Source: an uncultured Clostridia bacterium (GTDB taxonomy: Bacteria > Bacillota > Clostridia > Oscillospirales > Acutalibacteraceae). Taken from it: a stretch of 64,000 bases of DNA. The notes beneath the pieces are model-generated. The model worked only from the letters and a program-made list of their open reading frames with translations, did no database searches and was not told the DNA's origin. The translations under genes were made by a program, and so were the position numbers. The first letter of the stretch is position 1, and each line of letters opens with the position of its first letter. The stretch is from positions 73,853-137,852 of the forward strand of contig CAKZZS010000023.1 in assembly GCA_937884975.1 (NCBI GenBank). Direction: 5' to 3'. Positions 56,420 through 64,000 of the stretch are shown piece by piece.

Positions 56420-57555
56420 ACTGCCCCGTAATGAAAAAATGCGGCGGCTGTCAGTTGCTTAATTTAAGCTATGAAGAGCAGTTGAGCTTCAAGCAGGCTT
56501 CCGTTATAAAGCTTCTGGGGAAATTTCATCACGTCGATGAAATAATCGGAATGGAAAACCCGTATCACTACCGCAATAAGGTTCAGGCGGCATTCAGTCT
56601 TGACAGAAGCAAGAATATCATTTCCGGAGTTTATCAGTCCTCGACGCATAGGGTTGTCAATGTGGACAACTGTCTTTTGGAAGACGAAACAGCGGACAGA
56701 ATAAATGTCACTGTAAGAAAACTGCTCAAAAGCTTCAAGCTGCTCCCGTTCAATGAGGACACGGGAAAAGGATTTCTCCGTCATACGCTCATAAAACGCG
56801 GCTTTAAAAGCGGTCAGGTTATGGTCGTTCTCGTTTCGGGTACGAATATTTTCCCGAAGAAAAAGCAGTTTGTAAACGCTTTACTCGAAAGACACCCCGA
56901 AATAACTACCGTTGTCTGGAATATAAACGATAAACATACCTCACTTGTCCTCGGAGACAGATTTGAAGTGCTTTACGGCACGGGTAAAATCGAGGAAGAG
57001 CTGTGCGGCTTTAAGTTCCGAATCTCACCTCCAGCGTTTTATCAGATAAATCCCGTCCAGACAGAGGTTTTATACAATAAGGCATTGGAATTTGCCTCCC
57101 TTAAAAGGACCGATACAGTCATTGACGCGTACTGCGGAACGGGGACTATCGGCATTATCGCTTCAAAAAACGCAGGGCAGGTTGTGGGCGTTGAGCTCAA
57201 TGCCGACGCGGTCAGAGACGCAAAGGAAAACGCAAAGCTCAACGGCGTAAAGAATATTAAATTCATTAAGGCGGACGCAGGTCGGTTTATGCTCGACCTT
57301 GCAAAGGAAAAGCAAAAAATCGACGTTGTAATAATGGATCCGCCCAGAGCAGGCAGTGACAGGGCTTTTCTTTCGTCACTTGTTTCGCTTGCGCCCGAAA
57401 GAGTGGTTTACATTTCCTGTAATCCCGAAACCCAGCAGAGAGATTTGTTCTTTCTGGTTAAGAACGGCTACAAAGTCCGCAAAATCCAGCCTGTCGATAT
57501 GTTTCCGCATACAAAACATGTTGAGACGGTAGTATTGATGACAAGGAATAGATAA
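56416..57555 (+). CDS. rlmD: 23S rRNA (uracil-C5)-methyltransferase, RumA/RlmD family
   Basis: N-terminal Cys cluster CPVMKKCGGCQ, FYQINP, DAYCGTGTIG, MDPPRAG, and C-terminal PVDMFPHTKHVETVVLM. Confidence 0.85.
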   Translation: MNCPVMKKCGGCQLLNLSYEEQLSFKQASVIKLLGKFHHVDEIIGMENPYHYRNKVQAAFSLDRSKNIISGVYQSSTHRVVNVDNCLLEDETADRINVTVRKLLKSFKLLPFNEDTGKGFLRHTLIKRGFKSGQVMVVLVSGTNIFPKKKQFVNALLERHPEITTVVWNINDKHTSLVLGDRFEVLYGTGKIEEELCGFKFRISPPAFYQINPVQTEVLYNKALEFASLKRTDTVIDAYCGTGTIGIIASKNAGQVVGVELNADAVRDAKENAKLNGVKNIKFIKADAGRFMLDLAKEKQKIDVVIMDPPRAGSDRAFLSSLVSLAPERVVYISCNPETQQRDLFFLVKNGYKVRKIQPVDMFPHTKHVETVVLMTRNR

Positions 57556-57599
57556 ACATAATTGAAAAACTGACAAATCAATAGCTGAGGAAAAGTAAT

Positions 57600-58423
57600 A
57601 TGTGGTTGTTTAATAAGAAAAAAAGTCCAAGAATTTCAACAATTCTATAGGAATCGGCAGAATATCACCCAGTAATTCCGTATGTGAAAGATGCGGAATA
57701 GGTTTCGGCTACCTTGATAAAAGAAGCGTTTTTACAATAGATGGCAAAAAATACTGTGATGTTTGTGCAGAGTATCTGAAGGAAGCGGCTTCTGCTCCAA
57801 GTATTGTTTGCGAGGAATGTAAAGAATCATTTTCTCCGTCTGAAATGATTACTGTTTTTGGTAAAAAACTATGTAGAAATTGTGCCTCCAAACACTTTGT
57901 TTCAAGAATCGAACCTCAAAACAGCGTAAATAACACTCAAAACATTGAAGAACGAAAAGACAAGGCAAGCAAAAATACTACTTCCAACAAAAAAACAAAA
58001 GTATCTCGTAGCAAAGCATATTCAGAGTGGATAACAGATGGTGTTTCAGACAAAGTGATTGAGGATAACTCACACCCCCCTTTGCCTGAATGGTTTGAGA
58101 ACTTCGCCTTTTTTTGTGTAATAAAAAGCGGGCGCACCCTTAGTGATGGATGCCTTTTAGAGAATTTTTGTATTGAAAAGAAAGAATATGAAGCGGTATT
58201 TGCTTCTTGGTCTGTTGGATTTGGGCATGAAGGATATGGCTATAATCTTGGCGGCGCCGGTAGCGCCGATGTAATTCCTGCAGATTGTTTTATTGAACGT
58301 GATATTTACATGCTCGCAACCTATATTATTGAAAAGTATTCTTTGTTAGAACTTAAAGTTGAAGATATAACACATAGTTCTGATATCATTACTCTTTTTG
58401 AGCTTTTGAATACCATTGAGTAA
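57600..58423 (+). pseudogene. zinc-ribbon protein gene interrupted by a frameshift at an A7 run (or requiring a -1 frameshift)
   Basis: GAGG RBS plus the ATG at 57600 gives MWLFNKKK, then a stop at 57648. The -1 frame continues KSKNFNNSIGIGRISPSNSVCERCG...CDVC...CEEC...CRNC... to 58423. The run aagAAAAAAAgt lies at 57618-57624. Confidence 0.7.
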
Positions 58424-58452
58424 AAACGTTTTGTCTCGCGAACTACCCAAGT

Positions 58453-58488
58453 TATGTGGAGACAGTAGTTTTGATTTCAAAATGTTAA
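58453..58488 (+). other. orphan copy of the rlmD 3' end (encodes YVETVVLISKC-stop)
   Basis: tatgtggagacagtagttttgatttcaaaatgttaa parallels the rlmD C-terminal HVETVVLMTRNR-stop. Confidence 0.65.
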
Positions 58489-58522
58489 TGATTAACTGTT
58501 TACGAACAAGGAGAGTTTAACT

Positions 58523-58839
58523 ATGAACGACAATGATAAAAAGAGTATTTTTTCAGCGGAGGCTATGATACGGACGGTCATTGTCCAACAGAATGTAGTG
58601 TCTTTGTAACGTCAGATGAAAACTATGTAATTGACTGGGGTTGTTCCGGTTCTGGGATGTACCCGAGTTATGGCAATATTGAGAGAATCCCCGTCTCATA
58701 TTTTGCTGAACACAGTATTGATGATTTTAGCCGCGATTACAGCATGCTTTCCTGTTTTTTGGAGCAAAGAATTCCGCCTTGCCATATTTCTACGCTATGG
58801 GATGTTATTACAAAGGATTATAATAGCCGTAAGCAATAG
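58523..58839 (+). pseudogene. small Cys-rich hypothetical gene interrupted by a frameshift at a T6 run
   Basis: AAGGAGAG RBS plus the ATG at 58523 gives MNDNDKKSIFS, then a stop at 58607. The -1 frame reads ...FFSGGYDTDGHCPTECSVFVTSDENYVIDWGCSGSGMYPSYGNIER... to 58839. The T-run lies at 58548-58553. Confidence 0.6.
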
Positions 58840-58975
58840 GCACCATTACCCAATGGCGGATTCATGAAAGATCTTTTTGCTGTTTTTGGTTTCGTCTTAC
58901 CAGTCGGAGGCATAGGCTTTATGAGGAAGGTTGGGTAGTAGCGTAAACATATGCCTTTTTATTCACGCTATTGTC

Positions 58976-59029
58976 CCAAAGCATGTTGAGACGGTTGTTT
59001 TACTGTCCCGAAGCGAAAATAAAGTTTGA
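58976..59029 (+). other. second orphan copy of the rlmD 3' end (encodes PKHVETVVLLSRSENKV-stop)
   Basis: CATGTTGAGACGGT at 58982-58995 is identical to 57517-57530 inside rlmD. Confidence 0.75.
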
Positions 59030-59059
59030 AATTCAGTAAACAAACGGAGTGATTTTATA

Positions 59060-59608
59060 ATGGGATTTTTTGATAAGCTTTTTAAAAAGAAGAATAAAAA
59101 AGAGGATGTGGAAATAAACCGTGTCTATGCAGGACCCGAAAGGAAGGATGAAGCTTCGAGGCGTCCTGCAGGAATCGAATGCGTTTACGCATCTCCGGAA
59201 ATTATGGGAAGAAAAACGGGAATGCCTTATAAAAACGGTTCTTTGGAGAATGAAAATATGAATGACGCGCGCCCGACGCCTGTAAGTGAGGATGATTTTC
59301 CGCCTTATGCCGAGGCCACGACAGTTTACGCTTCTCCCGAAATGATGAAAAGTAATTATGACTCGTTTAATAAGGATAATTATCCGTTTAACTATGCGGC
59401 GGAAAATGACCCGGATAACAGCGTTATGAACGAAGTGTACGCAGGTCCCGTTGAGGATATTGAGGGCGATCCTTTTATGAAAACCGTCTATGACGGACCG
59501 GTTATTCCCGAAAAAAATGAAACGTGCCGATTTTGTCCCTTCTGTACAGCGCCGATACCGCTTGACGCACCGTTCTGTCCCATTTGCGGCGCAAAGCTTA
59601 AAATTTGA
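59060..59608 (+). CDS. VYAGP-repeat protein with C-terminal zinc ribbon
   Basis: 182 aa. Five spaced motifs (RVYAGPE, CVYASPE, TVYASPE, EVYAGPV, TVYDGPV). C-terminal CRFCPFCTAPIPLDAPFCPICGAKL. RBS ACGGAGTG. Confidence 0.7.
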   Translation: MGFFDKLFKKKNKKEDVEINRVYAGPERKDEASRRPAGIECVYASPEIMGRKTGMPYKNGSLENENMNDARPTPVSEDDFPPYAEATTVYASPEMMKSNYDSFNKDNYPFNYAAENDPDNSVMNEVYAGPVEDIEGDPFMKTVYDGPVIPEKNETCRFCPFCTAPIPLDAPFCPICGAKLKI

Positions 59609-59610
59609 GT

Positions 59611-60632
59611 ATGGAAAGAAGCGTTAAATATAACCTGCTCTCATGCGTGTGGGAAATCACTCTTTCGTGCTGTTTTTCCTGCAGATATTGCGGCTCAAAG
59701 GCAGGAAAGGCGAGGGATAACGAGCTTTCGACAGACGAAGCCTTAAACGTTGCAGGGCAGCTTGCCGATATCGGTTGCAGACGGGTTTCTCTTATCGGCG
59801 GAGAGGTCTTTATGAGAAGCGACTGGGCAAAAATTGTTAAGGCGCTTACCGACAGAGGCGTTAAGGTGTCGGTTATCACAAACGGTTTTATGTTTTCCGA
59901 GCGGCTTATTTCCTCTCTTAAAGAATTAAAAATTGAGTCGGTTGCCATTTCGCTTGACGGACCCGAGGAAATCCACGATTTATTTAGACAGCGCGGAAGC
60001 TTTAAAAGAGCAGAACAGGCGATGGATGTTCTTATAGAAAACGAAATTCCCGTTTCCGTAATAACCACGCTTCACAGCAGGAATGTGTCAAAGCTTGAGG
60101 AAATGTATTCGTTTTTAAAGCATAAGGATATTTTCGCCTGGCAGATACAGGCGTGCTCGCCTATGGGGAACGCGGCAAGCGGTGAGTTTTCAACCGAAAT
60201 TGATTTTTCTTCGGTTATCCGCTTTGTTGAAAAGCATATAGGCAAGGCTCCGTTTGCAATTGGAATTGCTGACAATATCGGCTATTATACCCGGTCCGAG
60301 GGCTATTTAAGGGGAAACTTAAGCGGCAAAGCCTGTTTTAACGCTGCCGCGCAGGGCTTACGGGCATTGGGATAGACAGCGTTGGAAATGTCAGAGGGTG
60401 CGAATCGATGTATGACGACTCGTTTATCGAGGGTAATCTTCGTGAAAAAAGCCTTGAAGAAATATGGAATAATCCCCACGCCTTTTCGTATAACAGGGAC
60501 TTTAATGAGGATATGTTAAGCGGAAAATGCAGACAGTGCGAGTATAAAAAAAGATGCGCAGGCGGCTGCAGGTCATATAATTTCTTTACCCACAAAAAGC
60601 TCTATGAATCACTGCGTTGCGCAGGGAAATAA
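59611..60632 (+). pseudogene. radical SAM/SPASM-domain enzyme, split by a single-base frameshift near 60342-60375
   Basis: N-terminal part has CCFSCRYC (CX3CX2C) and a TIM-barrel-like region. The track splits it into 59605..60375 and 60408..60632. The -1 frame continues ...AGLTGIGIDSVGNVRGCESMYDDSFIEGNLREKSLEEIW...CRQCEYKKRCAGGCR (SPASM Cys motifs). Confidence 0.75.
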
Positions 60633-60745
60633 AGGGAAACCGTTATGTGAACAAGTATAGTTTCAATGGTTTACGACGTGACGGACGGAATAGTCTATTG
60701 GTGTGAAAACAGAGAGTATGACAAAATTTTAAATAAAAGGTTCGG

Positions 60746-61396
60746 GTGAACAGAGTGAAAAAGACAGACGATAAACAAAGGAAGCTTACAAAGGCGGAAC
60801 AAAAACGTCAGGAAAGGTTTGAAATAACAAGAGCAGAGCTTGAAAACAAGGGCTATGAAATGAAGGAGCACACGCTCGGGCTTGTTTACGCAAACTTTAT
60901 GGCTTTTATAGTCGCGATTCCGTTTTTGATATCGCCCGTTCTTATTTATCTTCTGATTAATCCCGGCAGGTTCAATTTTTCGTTAGGACTTTTATCGCTG
61001 TGGCTGTTTTTATTTATATATTTTGCCGCGATTGTTCTTCACGAATTGGTCCACGGCATAACATGGGCGGCTTTTGCGGAAAATCATTTTAAAAGTATAA
61101 GCTTCGGCATTATGCTTGAAATGCTGACGCCTTATTGCAATTGCAGTGAACCGCTTAAAAAATGGCAGTATATTGTCGGTTCTCTTATGCCGCTTTTAGT
61201 TGTAGGTATGATTCCGGCAATAATCGGCGCGCTGACTGCTGTTACATGGCTTTTTCTTATCGGCTTGTTTATGATTGTCGGCGCAGGCGGAGATATAATT
61301 GTTTCGTTCAGATTATTGAAATATAAGAGCGATAAAAACGAGGTTGTCGTTTATGACCATCCGACCAAATGCGGCTTTATAACCTTTGAGAGATGA
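60746..61396 (+). CDS. DUF3267-like membrane zincin peptidase (putative)
   Basis: HELVHGITW (HExxH) lies between TM segments. GTG start; an alternative in-frame GTG is at 60755. Confidence 0.6.
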   Translation: MNRVKKTDDKQRKLTKAEQKRQERFEITRAELENKGYEMKEHTLGLVYANFMAFIVAIPFLISPVLIYLLINPGRFNFSLGLLSLWLFLFIYFAAIVLHELVHGITWAAFAENHFKSISFGIMLEMLTPYCNCSEPLKKWQYIVGSLMPLLVVGMIPAIIGALTAVTWLFLIGLFMIVGAGGDIIVSFRLLKYKSDKNEVVVYDHPTKCGFITFER

Positions 61397-61413
61397 ATGA
61401 GAGGGACGGGGAA

Positions 61414-61848
61414 ATGTACTATTCCGAATTGGTTAAAAAGGCGTGTAACATAATGTTCCAAGCGCATAAAAACGATTTTGACAAGGGCGGTTACCCCTAT
61501 GTTTTCCATCCGTTTTTCCTTGCGACTCAAATGGATGACGAGGTTTCAACCTGCGTTGCGCTTCTTCACGACGTCATTGAGGACCACGGCGACAAATACA
61601 CCTTTGAATACCTTGAAAGCGAGGGCTTCCCAAAAGAGGTGCTTGACGCGTTAAGGCTTTTGACGCACGACGAAAGCGTGCCGTATATGGATTATGTGAG
61701 GAAAATTGCTTCAAATCCCGTCGCTTCAAAGGTGAAACTTGCCGACCTTAAGCACAATTCCGACGTAAGACGGGTTGAAGGTAAAAGGACAAAAAAGTAT
61801 GAGCTTTATATGGAAGCAATAGATTTTCTTGAAAACAGTACAAAATAA
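61414..61848 (+). CDS. HD-domain phosphohydrolase (small (p)ppGpp-hydrolase-like)
   Basis: Contains AHKNDFDKGGYPYVFHP and LLHDVIEDH. GAGGG RBS before the ATG at 61414; an alternative ATG at 61393 overlaps the upstream stop. Confidence 0.65.
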   Translation: MYYSELVKKACNIMFQAHKNDFDKGGYPYVFHPFFLATQMDDEVSTCVALLHDVIEDHGDKYTFEYLESEGFPKEVLDALRLLTHDESVPYMDYVRKIASNPVASKVKLADLKHNSDVRRVEGKRTKKYELYMEAIDFLENSTK

Positions 61849-61885
61849 AACGGAATGAACGGTTTTCTGATAAAGGAGGATAAAA

Positions 61886-62806
61886 ATGTATTACCTTATT
61901 GAAAATACGTTAAGAGAATGCACTCTTGAGGAAATAAGAACAAACGGCAGACAGTACGTTGCCGTTCTTACTCCCGAGGAATGGATTAGTCAGAGGGATA
62001 TATTTGAAATGGGTATTGACCTTGAAATTGACCCTATTGAGGTTCATAACACCAAGGCGGAGGTAAACTATGACTCTCTGACGGGTACATTCTCCATCCC
62101 CAGCAGACGTGATATTACGGGTGACGATTACAAATTCGCCTTTGCGCTTGACGAAAAGGGCATTGTATTTATTGATTCCTCCGGCAGAGCGCAGAAAATC
62201 ATCAACCGAGTTAAGAATACAAAAAAGTGGCGTATGCCGTCCCTTGAAAGGTTTATGTATGATTTTCTTGAACAGATTATTCATTCCGACCAGGCGCTTT
62301 TGGAAAAATACGAGCGTGAGCTTGTCGCGCTTGAGGACAGAATTGCGGACGGCGACGATGAGGAGGAAATTCTCAACCGCGTAAACGATATCCGAGGCGA
62401 CGTCAGAGAGCTTCGCACCCATTACGAACAGCTTATTGATTTCGGTCAGGAGCTTGAAGAAAACGAAAACAATTTCTTCAGGGAGCAGAATGAGCGTTAT
62501 TTCAGGCTCTTTATTAACAAAGCGACAAGACTTCAGGATATGGCTTCCTCGCTTCGTGATTACACCGTGCAGATACGCGACCTTCAGAAAACCCAGCTCG
62601 ACGTAAAGCAGAACAGAATTATGACGGTTCTTACGGTTGTAACGACGATTTTTATGCCGCTTACGCTTATAGTCGGATGGTACGGAATGAATTTCCGCTA
62701 TATGCCAGAGCTTAACTGGAAACTCGGCTATCCCGTAATAATTGCCGTAAGTCTTTTTATCGGCATAGGCGGACTCATTTACTTTAAAAAGAAAAGGTGG
62801 CTTTAA
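61886..62806 (+). CDS. corA: CorA-family magnesium/cobalt transporter
   Basis: YGMNF signature (WYGMNFRYMPEL) followed by two C-terminal TM segments. Confidence 0.85.
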   Translation: MYYLIENTLRECTLEEIRTNGRQYVAVLTPEEWISQRDIFEMGIDLEIDPIEVHNTKAEVNYDSLTGTFSIPSRRDITGDDYKFAFALDEKGIVFIDSSGRAQKIINRVKNTKKWRMPSLERFMYDFLEQIIHSDQALLEKYERELVALEDRIADGDDEEEILNRVNDIRGDVRELRTHYEQLIDFGQELEENENNFFREQNERYFRLFINKATRLQDMASSLRDYTVQIRDLQKTQLDVKQNRIMTVLTVVTTIFMPLTLIVGWYGMNFRYMPELNWKLGYPVIIAVSLFIGIGGLIYFKKKRWL

Positions 62807-62807
62807 T

Positions 62808-63650
62808 ATGAAAATCAGTGAGATTTTTAAAAACAAGACTCCGATTTCATTTGAAATTTTTCCGCCGAAGGGCGATTTGAGCGTTGAAACGCTTCGTGAC
62901 ACGCTCTCTTCTCTTAAAAAGCTTAATCCCGATTTTATTTCCGTTACCTATTCCGCAGGCGGAACGGGCAACAGCGCAAAGACGGTTGAATTGGCGTCAG
63001 TTGTAAAAAATGAGTTCGGCATTGAATCAATGGCGCACCTGACCTGTATAAATTCCGACAGACAGACGGTCCGAAAGGTGGTTTCGGATATTAAAAACGC
63101 AGGAATAGAAAATGTGCTTGCGTTAAGAGGAGATATTATTGAGGGTAACGAGCCGACTGATTTTAAAACGGCAGCCGACCTTATTGAGGAAATAAAGGAC
63201 GAGCCGCTTTGCATCGGCGCCGCCTGTTATCCCGAGGGACACGTTGCGTGTCAAAGCGTTGAAAAGGACATTGAGTATCTTAAGGTCAAGCAGGACAAGG
63301 GAGCTTCATTTTTTGTCAGTCAGCTTTTCTTTGAGAACAGGTCGTTTTACGATTTTATTGAGAAAACAAAAAGGGCAGGAATTACCGTGCCCATTACCGC
63401 AGGCATTATGCCGATGCTCTCAAAGTCGCAGGTAAGCCGAATGATTTTTATGTGCGGCGCTTCGCTTCCGAGTGAAATTATACGAATACTCAATAAATAC
63501 GAAAATGACGAAATCTCTCTGAAAAAGGCAGGCATTGAATATGCCGCATCTCAGGCGCGAGATTTGATTTCGAACGGCGTTGACGGAGTACACCTTTATA
63601 CAATGAATAAACCCGAAATTGCTTCGGGTATAATGGAAAGAATTAAATGA
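62808..63650 (+). CDS. metF: methylenetetrahydrofolate reductase
   Basis: Contains SFEIFPPKGD, SVTYSAGG, HLTC, LALRGD and GAACYPEGH. Confidence 0.9.
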   Translation: MKISEIFKNKTPISFEIFPPKGDLSVETLRDTLSSLKKLNPDFISVTYSAGGTGNSAKTVELASVVKNEFGIESMAHLTCINSDRQTVRKVVSDIKNAGIENVLALRGDIIEGNEPTDFKTAADLIEEIKDEPLCIGAACYPEGHVACQSVEKDIEYLKVKQDKGASFFVSQLFFENRSFYDFIEKTKRAGITVPITAGIMPMLSKSQVSRMIFMCGASLPSEIIRILNKYENDEISLKKAGIEYAASQARDLISNGVDGVHLYTMNKPEIASGIMERIK

Positions 63651-64000
63651 TTAAGCTTATCGGCAATAAAAAAGAGGCGTTGCGTTACCTCGGCTACAAA
63701 GGACAGAGTCTTGACGAAGAAATGGAAAATCAGCTCGATTCTGCTTTGAAAGAGGGGCTTCGTCTTTGCGCGCCTAAAAGCGTTTATGCGGTTTTTGACT
63801 TAAAGCAAACGGCAGACGGACTTTTACTTGAAAACACCGACCTTACGCTTTTAGGGGAAAATATTAACAACCATCTTTCGGGCGCTTCAAAATGCGCCGT
63901 GATGGCTGTTACAATAGGAGTCGGAATTGAAAAAGCGATTTCAGGATACGAAAGAACGGGATTTCTTACAAAATCCGTAATGCTTGACGGCGTTGCGACG
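63647..64000 (+). CDS. partial CDS, likely a methionine-synthase activation-domain-like protein often found next to clostridial metF; the 3' end is outside the window
   Basis: The ATGA start overlaps the metF stop. The frame MIKLIGNKKEALRYLGYKGQSLDEE...AVMAVTIGVGIEK is open to the window end. The family assignment is from memory only. Confidence 0.45.
   Translation, partial: MIKLIGNKKEALRYLGYKGQSLDEEMENQLDSALKEGLRLCAPKSVYAVFDLKQTADGLLLENTDLTLLGENINNHLSGASKCAVMAVTIGVGIEKAISGYERTGFLTKSVMLDGVAT

Noticed and set aside
61910-62902. 330-aa minus-strand ORF antisense to corA
   Set aside because: The plus-strand frame carries the diagnostic YGMNF motif and two terminal TM helices. The antisense translation is K/F/N-rich with no motif and overlaps the metF start.

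Overview
This is a chromosomal window from a low-GC Firmicute, with about 55 protein genes and no rRNA, tRNA, CRISPR array, transposase or integrase that I can recognise. It is probably a cellulosome-type Ruminococcus or other Oscillospiraceae member, because three secreted proteins end in dockerin-like Ca-binding repeats. All product calls come from motif recognition in the supplied translations; no database search was possible.

Layout:
- 1-9.4 kb: a de novo purine operon (purM', purN, PurO-type IMP cyclohydrolase, AICARFT-only purH, glyA, purD, single-chain FGAM synthase).
- 10.3-17.4 kb: two tandem paralogous S8 protease-LRR-dockerin genes.
- 17.4-19.1 kb: a GGGtGRT / NifU-like pair.
- 19.3-26.8 kb: a small anchored protein, a polytopic LuxR regulator and a 1824-aa modular glycine-repeat/dockerin protein.
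- 26.9-34.8 kb: housekeeping genes (tspO, gap) plus a sortase with a non-LPXTG substrate.
- 34.9-40.6 kb: the glgBCDA operon.
- 40.9-50.5 kb: an accessory block. It holds XRE regulators, a repeat-rich AT spacer, and an intact but tail-less phage head/packaging module (TerS, TerL, portal, protease, MCP, three connector-sized ORFs).
- 50.5-57.6 kb: a PAS-GGDEF-GGDEF-EAL protein, an rbr-rd-dfx operon, an SDR gene and rlmD.
- 57.5-60.6 kb: a decaying islet stacked on the rlmD 3' end. It contains three single-base frameshifts, including a radical SAM/SPASM gene translationally coupled to a VYAGP-repeat zinc-ribbon protein.
- 60.7-64 kb: a DUF3267 peptidase, an HD hydrolase, corA, metF and a partial gene.

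A GTAGGGG-hairpin REP-like repeat family occurs at three loci.
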